From assembly GCF_009834535.1 (NCBI RefSeq), contig NC_045696.1:65660001-65724000 (forward strand): DNA of 64,000 bases. Direction: 5' to 3'. The translations under genes were made by a program, and so were the position numbers. This DNA is from Camelus ferus (taxonomy: Eukaryota). The first letter of the stretch is position 1, and every line of letters begins with the position of its first letter. The notes below the pieces were generated by a model. The model made no database searches, was not told the DNA's origin, and saw nothing but the letters and a program-made list of their open reading frames with translations. Below are positions 38,174 through 50,059 of this stretch, one piece after another.

Positions 38174-38660
38174 TGTTGACTGAAATAAATGCATAACCTA
38201 AAAGCTGAAAGTTATGTTTTATTCGGTGGACAATTCTGAGGACTCTGCCCAAGATGACAGCCTCTCAGATGGCTCTGAGGGACTGCTACGAAGAGATAGG
38301 GGAGGAGCTAGGATATATAGGAGCTTTACAACAAAGACCAGGTAGTTGGAACATTAAAAGATTGCTTGTTGACTAAAGAAAACCAGACATCTCAAGTTAA
38401 ACAATTTAGTGTTTTTCTATGTATGGGAGGAAGCAAACATGTGGGCTCATTGAATTCATTCCTTTGGCAAGCACCTAGCTCTCTAGGGCCAGTATCCCAT
38501 CCTTTCTTATTCCGAGTCCCCTCAGGGTGCACCATTGTGAGTGGCTGCAGAGGCTGGTCTGCAGGCTTGTCTTCACTGGGGGGTGGCAGCAGCCGCTGAT
38601 GACTTGATGGCTTTAGCATTCTTTGCTTACTGATAAGGCTTGCAGTATTTTTCGTTCACA
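38174..38660 (-). mobile_element. Solo ERV1-class LTR in UTS2B intron 1
   Basis: TG...CA termini with perfect 4-bp TSD tgtg (38170-38173 and 38661-38664). Minus-strand TATA-like element at 38319-38313 and AATAAA at 38223-38218. Confidence 0.85.
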
Positions 38661-40197
38661 TGTGTATATGAAAAACAGAAAAATCCAGCTCAAACATTTT
38701 GCTAGATTACAGCTGAGTAACACTTCTGACCCCAGAACATCACCCAGTGAAATGCATGTGTAATGTTTTCTCTCTGGGCCCCTCTTTGATCTCAGTTCAT
38801 TAGCTGTAAATGGAGAAGAGGAGTTACTGGTAAGATTATTTTCTAATCTAAATTGTCCGTGATTAGACTCAGCCTCTCTCCATGCACATTTTTCAAAGCA
38901 ACTAAGTGTTTGATTTATTTCAGTCTTTTAACACATTGTTTACAAATAAAGCATTTGTCTATTGACAGACTGATAAGATGAGGTCACCATTCTTCTTTCT
39001 GTGTGAGACACTATCCAAGACTAGAGGCACAATCTGCCAGATTTCATTCGGTTTGGGTCGCAGAAAATCATGCCTCAGTGGATGCACCATGAAACTGGGC
39101 AAACTGCCTACTGCGAAAGGTGGAGAAGTAAATAGCGTGACCAGAAAGACCATAGAAATTTAATTTTTTGGATATACTATCATTTTGGGGGAGTGGTTTC
39201 CAGATTTTTTTTTCTGGCAAAATTTTCTCTATCTCCAATAAAAAAACTTCACATTTGAATGACAAGCAAGGAGACGACTTACGTCTTTTAATGGTCACCA
39301 TCCCAAGTATTAATGAATTAGTTTTTTTCAGTCTGCAAAAGCAGTCACTCCCTTATGTCTGAGTAACTTTGCCATCCCTATGATAAAGGTTTGATCTTTT
39401 TTAGGCCATCCCACAAAGTTCATTTTGTTTGTAACACACGAGTTATTATTTTAATTGCTTTATTTGTTAATAGATATCTTGTTGCATCTTCGTGTTTTAT
39501 AGCTTGAATAAAGTCTTTTTTCCTGATTCTACTCTGGAATGAAAATATCTAAGAAAATTTGGGTGATTTTTCTGTTTTTAGAGTGCTAAGAGAGTTGCGC
39601 ACCTGAACAATGAATGGTCTGGTAGGTAAATGAACAAAGATGGAAAGATATCAATATGGAAAAAGAAGGCACCAACCTGCCTCTTCCACAAGATTTTCTT
39701 GAATGTTTCAAAGGCAATTCCCAGAACACAAAATGGCTCATATTTAAATGGGTCTATCAAATAAATCTTAACATCAAGTGTTATTTTTCTTTTAAAAGCT
39801 GATTTTAATTGATATTTCTTATGTTAAACACAGTAGAAGAAAAAAAAATACACAGATTGGAAAAAAAAAAACCAAAAAAAACCCCCCAAAAGTAAAATTT
39901 ACCTGCAATTCTACTGCCCAGAAATGATTATAGGTAAAATTTAAGCTATAACCTTCCAGGCATATTCTCTGTCTCTGCCTCCCTCTCTCTCTCACAATTT
40001 CTTTTGGAGTGTTCAGAGACACATTCAGTGATTTTTTAAAACAGCCCATCTTCTTGGATTACACGTCTCTCTCCACACCCCTTTTAATGATGAGTATACA
40101 TATTGACAGTTACCTACAGAACCTATTTAATTAAAAACACTTTCAGTGACACAGATTGAAAATTGAGGTTTCATTACATGAGGGTGATTATTTACAG

Positions 40198-40296
40198 GAA
40201 ATAAATTGTTTCCAGATAAAGAAGATACAAATCATGAAGATCTCTTGCTGGCTCTACTAACTAACAATTTTGATTTCCAAAGAGCTTCCAACATTG
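40198..40296 (+). CDS. UTS2B: UTS2B coding exon 2
   Basis: tttacAG acceptor, 99 nt, GTGAGT donor; reads (G)NKLFPDKEDTNHEDLLLALLTNNFDFQRASNI; phase 1-1. Confidence 0.95.
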
Positions 40297-40350
40297 GTGA
40301 GTTAAGAATAAAGTCAAACTTTATTTATTCTATCTTCTGACCTGTTCTTT

Positions 40351-40386
40351 CTACACTTTACCTTAGCCAAAAGGCCGAGAAGCAAT
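40351..40386 (-). pseudogene. 3'-truncated (tailless) U2 snRNA retropseudogene, 5'-terminal 36 nt
   Basis: Reverse complement ATTGCTTCTCGGCCTTTTGGCTAAGGTAAAGTGTAG versus U2 ATCGCTTCTCGGCCTTTTGGCTAAGATCAAGTGTAG (33/36). Flanked by gacctgttcttt (40339-40350) and gccctgtccttt (40387-40398). Confidence 0.9.
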
Positions 40387-41530
40387 GCCCTGTCCTTTGT
40401 TAAATTATATTAAATAAAATAATGACTACTAATTTTAATGCTGCATTGAAGGCATCACTGTTTTTCTTATTTTATATTCACGCTAAAATCAATGGCGTTA
40501 TTAAAAAATATTAAAAGGCTATTTTGTTCAATTAGAGGGCCCTAAAGAGATAGCTAACCATCTAGTTATAAAATTGTTATCTTTACTTATATTTTCCTCT
40601 CATCTATCCAACTCCCCACTGGGACAGTTTATGTTTTCTTTTACTAAATGCTTCAAGAGTATTACTAAAAGCTTCAAATCTGTTCACAGGTTTCCACTAA
40701 AAACTTCTCAAATTTACTGTGGTTTTGTGGCAGTTAAGTTAGCACTTTTTGCAATCAAGTCCTCTAAATTTGGGAAACGGTTGGAGTAGAAACCATTGGG
40801 AAATGTAGGCTACACTGACTGAGCTTTTTTTTTACTTCTTTGAAGAACAGGAAAAACTGATTTACAGTTATGCATCAGACTGGTCTCTAAGAAGTGACAA
40901 ATATTGTCAGAAAGTTAGCAACTCTAACTTAACAGAAAATATGACAATGTGGTACCCTCTCAGAAGACATCTGTTCTTCTAAAAAAATTGTCTATTCACA
41001 GGACAGTGTACCAGTTAAAACAATGCTTTACTAAATACTGTAAAATACAGGATTTTAAAGTTAGAAATAAGATATTTTCATTGAAAAAATAAATAAAAGT
41101 ATAAAAAGAAAAATTTATACTCAAATTGTAAAACCTAGAGGGAGTTATTATTAATATTTTGGGGAATTTCCTTCTTGACTGAATTATTTAGGTAAAATTT
41201 ATGTCCTGCTTTTTTTCACTTAATATTGTTTCATGAGAATTTCCACATGTCAGTAAAATAGTTTATTTCTGAATAGTAGTCTTTGTCAGAACTATGGTCT
41301 CTTTTAGAAAACTTTGTGCTTATGGACAGAAATGAATTATTTTGTCATTATATTACTGATTACATTTCAATATTAGAGGCATTGAACAAATGTTTGGGGC
41401 TTTATGTTAGAGACAGGTGGGTGATCTCAAATTATATTAAAAAGACCTTTATCTTTCTGAATGTGTGACTTGAAGTGAATTAAATATTACTTGCAATATA
41501 CCTTTTTTATATGACAAATGTATCTTGCAG

Positions 41531-41568
41531 ATGCAGAACTGGCTAACAAATTGGAAGAACTTAACCAG
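41531..41568 (+). CDS. UTS2B: UTS2B coding exon 3
   Basis: tatcttgcAG acceptor, 38 nt, GTGAGA donor; reads (D)AELANKLEELNQ. Confidence 0.95.
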
Positions 41569-41730
41569 GTGAGAATGTGAAATACTTAAAATTTCAATTT
41601 TAATAATAACTATGTGGCAATTTCTTTTAATGCAATAGTTTAAAAAATTACTAGTACTGTATTGTACAGCTTTATTCCTGCTAGAGAAAAAGTGAAATAA
41701 TTCACTAGGAAAAAAGTAATCAAATTCCAT

Positions 41731-41770
41731 TAAAAAAAGAAAAGAAAAAGAAAAAGAAAAAGAAAAAAAA
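41731..41770. repeat. A-rich (GAAAA/GAAAAA)n simple repeat
   Basis: Read directly. Confidence 0.85.
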
Positions 41771-42819
41771 CTATAGCTGACGTGATCATAGGATAAAATG
41801 TCTAGAAATTTGGATTCCAGGCTCAGCTCTCCAAGTGCTTAACTATGAGACCATGGTTAGAATTAAAATTAGAATGAAAATTCTCTAGACCTAAACCTCT
41901 TTTGTCTGTAAAATGGAAGACTGTAGCTAGATTGGTGATTTTCAAAAGTTATTATTATTTTTTAAAAGTGGAAGTACTTTTTTCCAAACAAAATTCTATG
42001 GGGTCCCAGTAAATAAAACCCAAAAGTGGAGCTGTTCTACTTGAAGCAGCTAGTTTGGGGAGGCCAGGAGTGTCGCCTTCTTGACCTGCAGTTGGCTTCT
42101 GTGCAGGGAGTCCCCTCGCAACCTTATCCCCCAACACCCTGCTATGAAGAAAATTGGAAAATCATTGGATTAGATTTCTTAACTCTTTCAAACACAATTG
42201 CATGCACATCCATTATTACACAAACTTTGTGGCTGTTTGTCAAAGGGAATTATGCCCCGTCACTCCCAGCAGCTAGGACACAGACACCTGCCGTAGCTCA
42301 GGATGGATTCTATTTTGGTAGAGTTCAACTTTCAGGGTTTTGGCACTCAGAGAGCTGGTTAAAAATTAACATGGCTTAAACTCTGAGTAGAAACCCTAAG
42401 GCTTCAAAATACTTCTCCTTTCCTGCTAGTAAGGACAAATATTTCAGGAAATCCAAACATTCACGTAACTCCTTGGAGCTCCTTGGAAAATACTGCTCAC
42501 CATAGCTTGGCTACACAGGCTGTGTTTAGGCTTCCCATTCAGGAACACCCAGACCTGACCAGACTTGACATACACCTGTTTGTTTCTGATCTCCTGTTGA
42601 GTCATTGACCTTTTCCAGCCAGTCCCTAAATGCAAATTTCCCTTTATTTTTAAAATTTAATTCTTTTTGTTTATTTTTTTATTACTCTTTGTTTTCTGTT
42701 CATTTTCTCTCTTTCCTCTTTTCTTCTCTTTTCCTTTATTTGATCCATCTTTCTTCTCCTTCGATAGAAAACAACATTGCTACCATTAAAGACTAATTTT
42801 AATATTTGATTTTTAACAG

Positions 42820-42913
42820 CTGGAAAAGCTAAAACAGCAGCTCATGGAAGTAAAAGATAACGAGCTATCCTATGCTATAGATGATCTGTCTTCTTCCCAT
42901 CCTAATAAACGAG
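42820..42913 (+). CDS. UTS2B: UTS2B coding exon 4, ending in the dibasic KR cleavage site
   Basis: ttttaacAG acceptor, 94 nt, GTAAAC donor; reads LEKLKQQLMEVKDNELSYAIDDLSSSHPNKR plus 1 nt. Confidence 0.95.
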
Positions 42914-43639
42914 GTAAACTTTCACTTCAAAGATTTAAAATTGACTTCTAAAATATTACTTTTGCAATTATTTCTGAAAAGGAAGAGATTAAGTTGACAT
43001 TTCTTAATCCTATGGTGATGATCAAGATCAAGGCTCATATTTTTTAAGAAGATTCCAATGAAAATGTTCTCACTTGAATGTATCTGAGTTCCGTGAATTT
43101 GACAACACTGGGTAGCAAGGTCATACCTTCCAGAGTTAAGTAAGGTAGGCCCTTATTATTTTAAAACTATGTCTTACTCTTGCTATTTTGTTTAAACGCT
43201 GGGGCTGAGAGGATCACAAATAGAAATAACCAAGGTTTAAGTCAATTCAGAATTTCAGAGCATCTTCATTGAAGTAAGGAGTACCCTCATTACAATAACA
43301 CTTAATCCAAATTTTGATTTATAATATTTAATTTTAGAAAGATTCGTCTTTTGGATTCCTCTAACTTTTTATAACATTTCCTGGAAAATTCTTGTTTCTT
43401 GCTGAATTAGTTCTTACAGTTGAAAAAAAAAGGTATGTATGTTTCTCCATTCCTGTGGTGATATGAGATTCCCTAAGGTACTTCTAATTCACTCTTACTT
43501 GCTTGTCCCCTTCCTCCCAGATTTGTCTTTCACTTCTGTAAAAACCAATCTTTATAATGGAAGAGAATGAACTGGCATTATTTAGACACTTAGCATATAC
43601 CTGACTTTTTATATTTTAGTATCTTGAAATGTCACGGTC

Positions 43640-44030
43640 ACACACGTAGACGCTATGGCTGGACTGCCTGGGTTTAAATCCTAACACTGACCCGTCCTAC
43701 CTGTGGGAACTCGGACAATTATCTGACTTCCTGTGCCTCATTTTCTTTGCCCCCCAATGCAAATAATAATAATTATCTTTGTGAGATTGCTGGGGGGTAT
43801 TTTATGTTAAAGGCATTCAGAATCATGTCTGGCATATAGCAAGTATTATGTAAACCTAACTTTTTTTTTTGTAATTGTTTTGGTTATTATTCCAATAATT
43901 ATTATTTTACTCTCATCAGAAACACCATAAGATAGCTATTACTATGCCTCTTTTATAGATGAGAAAATTACTTCTCAGAGGGGTTAAATTGTATGCTGAA
44001 AATAACCCAGCTGCTAAGGGACTTCAGTAG
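43640..44030. mobile_element. MIR fragments in both orientations
   Basis: 'ggactgcctgggtttaaatcct...ctgtgcctcattttct' and 'ttttatagatgagaaaattacttctcagaggggttaa'. Confidence 0.6.
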
Positions 44031-44059
44031 TGAGCCCAAAGGAGAGATTGGTAGACAAT

Positions 44060-47000
44060 GAATTGGAAGGTGGAAGGGAGAGAACCTGCAGCCTTTTTAA
44101 GGACTTTCACTCTTACTAGCTATCTTATGGGAAATCATCAGAAAGCTTTGAGCAAATAAGAAATATAAAATGAATTTTAACAGAACCACGCTTTGTGGCA
44201 AATATACTTTAAGAGAGGGGCAACGATGAAAGCAGAGAGACTGTTAATGAGGCTAATTTAATGGTCCAGATAATAAATGGTGGTAGCTTGAATTAGAGCG
44301 GCAGTAGTGAATTGTTAAAAAAGGGATCTGATTCTGGATATATTTTGAACAAAAGACAACAAAATTTGTTGTAGGGTTATACGTGGGCTGTTAAAAAAAA
44401 TAAAAGGGAAAAAGAGAAAGGTGTCAAAAATAACCCCAAGTTTTTTTCCACAGCAGCCAGGCAAAAAAGGGCAGTATCTGTTTATTGAGCCACAGAAAGA
44501 TGGAGAAGAAAGGTCATAGTGGAAGAGTTTGGTGGTGGGAAAGAGCTGAAGCAGAGACTTGTTCAACCTTTCCATAGTTAGTATTGTGTAGGCTGTGATG
44601 TGTTACCAATTTTAATTCAAATCTCAGAGGCCTAGTATAATAAAACCCAAACATAAAGTGCAGTGCATCTAGTACAACCCTCTTCTATTTTGTGGCTCTA
44701 TTATCTAGATCGTTGCTATAGCTTGACTGCCTCCAAGGTGACCAAGACCCAGGAGAGGGGTAGAGATGCATCCTAGCTTGCAATTGCCTCAGTTCAGGAC
44801 TCCATATGGTGACACGCATCACTTATACTGAAGTCTGTTGCCTGCAATTAATATCTTGGGCTGCCACCAATATATTAGCCAGACAGGCTAATAAACGTTG
44901 GAAAGTACTTACAGTACTTGAGGAGTACTGCTTCAACCACAGCCAATCCTTTGATCGTTTCTTAACCGCATAGGCTGTACTCAACCGATGATTCCCATTA
45001 GAGACAACCCCAGACTCCCTTCATTGCTGCACCCAGAACAAAGAACAGGCTCTCCATGAGACACTTACTAATCTTTACCAAGCACAATGTGGCTCCTCTT
45101 CATTCACAGACTTGTTAACTAGAAGGACAAATTCAATAATTGGCCAAGGAATAAGGGCAGGCTAACCACAATCATTAATTTGTTTCTCCAAAATCTCATT
45201 CATAAAGGACAATAACAAGAGCCATGAATGCTGACCTCCAGCCATTCTGAAATCCCACTGGGGAAATACCATAAATGTCTCCTACCCAGGAGATGGAGAA
45301 AGGTTTCTTGATTAGAACCTACTAGTGTGTAAGAGGAGTCCTCTGCCCATTGTACTGTTTCCCCTGGCTCCACCCTGTCTGAGGTTTTTGCTTTTTTGGC
45401 CTTTTCATTTTCATCCCTGGATACATCTTATGTGATTCTTGAGGAATATTCCCTTCTGGAGGATTGTGCAGTTTTCTCAGATCTCCTCTTCACTCCCTCA
45501 AAGTTGGAGGCCCAACGTTTATTTTGTCTTAAATTGTCAGACATCTTTTATTCCAGGGTTTATGGTTTCTTTGGCAATGATGCTCTTGTAAAAATTTAGT
45601 AAGCTTCTCAAGTATTTGCTAAACATGCTTTTTTTAAAAAAAAAACAAACAAACCAAGTTTAACTATTTTGCATTCTCACTCCCATCTTAGTTGCCTTGA
45701 AGATGTCTGGAATGCATCTTGAAAACTACGCACAATCTGATTTTGCCCTGAGTTCCTTATTCTTGGTATTTACCTGGCCTCTGTCACTGAGAGTCATTTT
45801 AAATCCCATTTTATAGTTTTGGGATCTAGAAACAGCTCTCTCAATATTTCAAGATTTTGTATTTCTGAAGTATATTCCCTTTTTATTTGTTTGCAAAGAC
45901 ACTACTTTCTTCCTAAGTTCATTGATTTATTGCAATGCATTGCTGAAAGTATTTAAGAGCAACCTAAAAATATGTCCAATATTCTATTCTCTCACTTCTC
46001 CTTCTAGAAGTTCAAGAGGAACACAGTCTGAATCTGAACTGTTGCAGATGTCAGTTTACCACCTACTTTGCTGCTTCATAAAATGGCTCTTGTTTTTCCA
46101 GCCTGTGATACCAATTTCCTTGTCTGCCATTAACCAGTTGCTGAGACTGGGTCATAACTTAGGTTCTTCTTAGAGTAACACCCTGCTTCAAGTTACCAAT
46201 GTGAATTTTGGGATTAATTAGGTAAACTACATTAACAAAACAACCTTCCAATCTCAGTGATGTAGGTTGCTTTGCGATTTATTTTGTGTTTACATGAAGC
46301 CTATGTACTTGATTATTTTCCTTCACTGTGTGTCTGCACCCTGTGTCCTTGTAGCAGGATAGGAGAGGCATGGAGGTAAATATACACAACTGCCAAAATT
46401 AGGCACATAATCTCAATGTGACTTTTGGGGAAGCACCTGGGAAACGTTGAGGAACACAAGGAACCACTGGAGAGTCCTACCTCAACCACAGATATTTTGA
46501 ACTTGTTATGTCAGGTACAGCAAAACCTTCCCAGTTGTGATTTGAGTAAACCATTGAATATATAGATTTGGAGTTTAGGGAAGTAGTCCAGACTGGAGGC
46601 CTAAATTTGACAGTTATCTCCATATCAGTGTTCCTTGGTATCGTGATGACAGTATCTAGGGAATCACTCTAGATATAAAACAGAAGACATCCAAGGCCAA
46701 GTTCCAGGTCACTCCAAGGGTAGAGATTGGGCAGATGAGACAGAATCAGCAAAGGAGTTTGAGTGGACCAGCTACCAAGGAAAAAGATGACAAAGAAAAA
46801 AGTGCTTCAGAAATCATATTAAAAATCGGTTTCCAGGAAGACAGTTCAGCTGTTCCTGAAGCTGTGATAGGTCCAATAAGATCAGAACAGAGACTTTTCA
46901 TCTGAACAGCAATAGAAAGGGTTTTGATGGCCTTGATACAAATTATTTGATAGACTTTTGGTTAAAGGGAACATGATAAAACAACAGGAATGACTAACAA

Positions 47001-47140
47001 CAGACAACTCTTTTGAGGAATTTTGTGTTAAAGGGTAGTAACAATTGGGATATTAGCTAGAGTAGCTTGAGGGAGTCAAGGAAGATTTGTGTTTGTTTTT
47101 AAGCAAGGATATATTAAAACATATATGTATGTAGTAGGAA
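44060..47140 (-). mobile_element. L2 fragment split by a degenerate MaLR element (about 44575-46490)
   Basis: L2-like at 44060-44575 and 46490-47140. The interior has MLT1-like LTR pieces at both ends and MaLR-internal-like sequence, including the junction 'ccctgcttcaagttaccaat'. Confidence 0.55.
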
Positions 47141-47955
47141 CAAAGTATTTATGGTGATAAACATGAATTAGATGCCTAGATTAGGCCATGAAAACTAGCC
47201 ACATCATATCTGAAGTGGGGTTTTTATTGATATAACTAGAAGCAATCTACCATGAATAACAATGTATGAAGGTGCAAAGGACCCAGAGACTCAGCATAAG
47301 GCAATAGTGTCTTACACGTGCTGTGAAATATTATAACTTGCTTAATCATTTAATGTATAGTTGATAGGCACCTGATAAATTCTTCCATCCTTTAAAAATT
47401 TAGCTGTCTGATACCTAGCATCATGCTAAAAACAGGGATTACAAGAGTGAATCAGATAGACATCCTGGGACAACAGAATGCTGGTTAGGGTTTTCCCTCA
47501 CATAAATGAAAAACGGTAGATAAGCCTTGAGGAGTTGGCCCTATTGGTGATACCGTTCATGACAGTTCCACTCAGCCGGTCCAGAAAATTTTCTGAACTA
47601 TATTTTCGTGCATACTTAATCGAGCTGCTTTTGTGGTGTAAACCTTGGATTTGTGTAGATTTATATTTTCCTTCAGATTGAGATACTCAAAGATATCCAA
47701 ATGGATAGAAAGGGACTTTCCAAAATATACTAAAAAAAAAGAAGACTGGATTAGAGGGCCAAGCTCTTAATGTTTGAAAATAAACTTCTGCTTTCATAGG
47801 ATTTGAATGTGGTTTTGTTTAAAGAAACCTCTGTCTCTTTTAGAAATGAAAAGTAGACTCTGAGTGCTGTCCTAACACTGTGTGTATATGTGGTGATAAG
47901 CACTAGGGTCACAGTTTGCAGACTGAGTAGAGTTAGAAGCTTGGGCAGGAAGTCA

Positions 47956-48009
47956 TATATCTATCTATCTATCTATAAAGTCTATCATTTATCATTTATC
48001 ATTTATATC
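47956..48009. repeat. (TATC)/(ATCATTT) low-complexity repeat
   Basis: Read directly. Confidence 0.7.
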
Positions 48010-48513
48010 AAAGAAGGTCTTAACTGTACTATGAGTTTTTCACTTCATTTTTATTGTGCATCTCATTGATCAGCAGTGAATTGAAGACCCATATCCCCAA
48101 GGTCTTAATTTTATAAACCATTTAGATTGGAGAAAATTAGAGAATTTTGTAATTAATTGGATGAAGCTACTGAAATTCAGACAATTGATTGGGAACAAGC
48201 TACAGAAGATTTAAAATGACTCATTCATGCATTTGAAGATTAAAATCTATTAGAATTGGTTTGATTTTTCTGAAGCATCACTTTATGATCAGAATTTGAA
48301 GACTCAATGTGACAATCAGATTACATTACTATCACTTGGTGGTTTGCAAGTGAACTTTAAATTCCTTCCTTCTTTTTTTCTCCAATACATAAAAACGTAT
48401 TTATCACTGATTTTGCTTATGTGACACCCTCTTTGGGACTTTGGTTACCCCAACTATAAAGTAGAGCGGCACACCTAATAAGGTGCTGTATTCTCTGAGC
48501 TGTAATGCAGAAT

Positions 48514-48710
48514 AGTGCTGTCCAACAGAACTTTCTCTAATGATGTGACCATTCTCTAAACTGCACTGTCCGTTATGGTAGTCATTGGCTACTAGTCAGT
48601 ACTGAGCCCTCGAAAGCTGGCTAGTATGATGGAAAGGCTGGATTTTCAATTTTTATTTAATTTTAATGAATTTAAAAATCCACATGAAGTGGATAACTCT
48701 CATATTGAAC
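48514..48710 (+). mobile_element. MER3-like hAT DNA transposon
   Basis: 'agtgctgtccaacagaactttctctaatgatg...ctgcactgtcc...tttttatttaattttaatgaattta'. Confidence 0.7.
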
Positions 48711-48823
48711 GTGTTTTAGAAAACTCTCTCTCTTGTACTTAGGCATACATAAACTATTTTATTCAAATGTAATGTTTTATCAAATATATTTCTAATAAAG
48801 AATTTGTTTTATTTCTTTTTTAG

Positions 48824-48849
48824 CTTGCTTTTGGAAATACTGTGTCTAA
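48824..48849 (+). CDS. UTS2B: UTS2B coding exon 5, mature URP octapeptide ACFWKYCV and stop
   Basis: ttcttttttAG|ct tgc ttt tgg aaa tac tgt gtc taa. The five exons total 103+99+38+94+26=360 nt (119 aa plus stop) with all phases consistent. CFWKYC is the urotensin-II ring. Confidence 0.98.
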
Positions 48850-50059
48850 AATTTTTTCTCTGGATGCAAAAAAGACAGGAACATTAGAGAAAGATGTATA
48901 TCTATTCACTCTACTACTTAAAGATTATAGCTATTTCAAGCATGAAGAAACTGTGGCAGAATTTCTCCTGCATAGTATATGCTTAAAGTTTATGCTGTGA
49001 ATAATAATGACAAATCAGTTGCACTTTTGAATGGCTTGGGACTATCAGAATGGCTTTGTAGAGTTAATGTTGAGAGCTCTGTATCTATTGTATGCTTTTC
49101 ATTAATTTATTGTCTACATATAGTTTTGTCTGGTGATGACAAGGCTGTTGGGTTACCAATTAAAATATTTTAAAAAGCATTTTGGAAAATTAAATTCTGT
49201 CGTCTCAATTTACGTGGCAAATATGCATCATTATCCTTTCTTTTTTATGATTATGCTGGCTACTATCTCTTTTCTGTTAATTAGGACAACTGTCACTGAG
49301 ATGACAACAACCAAATGAATACATTACTAGGGAGCAGAAAATATATTGTTTATTGGACTCTAGGAGAAAGTAGTATTAGATGTCTCAGAATAGAAAAACT
49401 TTCTTACAGAACAATTTGCCTTTGGGTTCCTTAATTCTCATCTCTGCCTCTTCCACGACATCAAAAATTGTTTGAGACTCTCAGCAGGTCTTTGATAGAC
49501 TAGATTCAGTGTGCTAAAACACATCAAACAAAACAAAACAAAAACTTATTGGATTTTCCTTGATTCTTTATTTTTTTTCCACATCTATGCATCAAACCAC
49601 CCTTGCTTACATCTGAACAAGCTTTATTCAGTCAATTCAAGGCTGGGAATCCAAATTCACTTTTGTTTGCTACCTGTGCTGCCACAGAAACATTGTTGAA
49701 GTAACTTTATAATGAAAGAATGTCCATGATTAGAAAAGCTGGCCAGATGAGTCTGCAGGTATTCCCTTCCGTTGCAGTATGGGGAAAACAGTTTATCTCC
49801 TTGATGTTAGTTGTGTAGTGCTTAAAGATAAAACTATCTCATGAGACAGAATGGACAATATTGCTTAAACTAAAAAAAAAGTATTAAAAATATATAAAAC
49901 AGACCAAGTTGAGTAGTATGCCTGTAGTGATTTAAATATACTTATTAGGAGCTGCTTAAGTGTACGTAAATATTAGTCTCTCAGTAACGCCTGAATATTC
50001 CCGTGTATTTACATCTGTTGTGAACACAAACATATTATGATAAAGAAAGACAAAACCCC

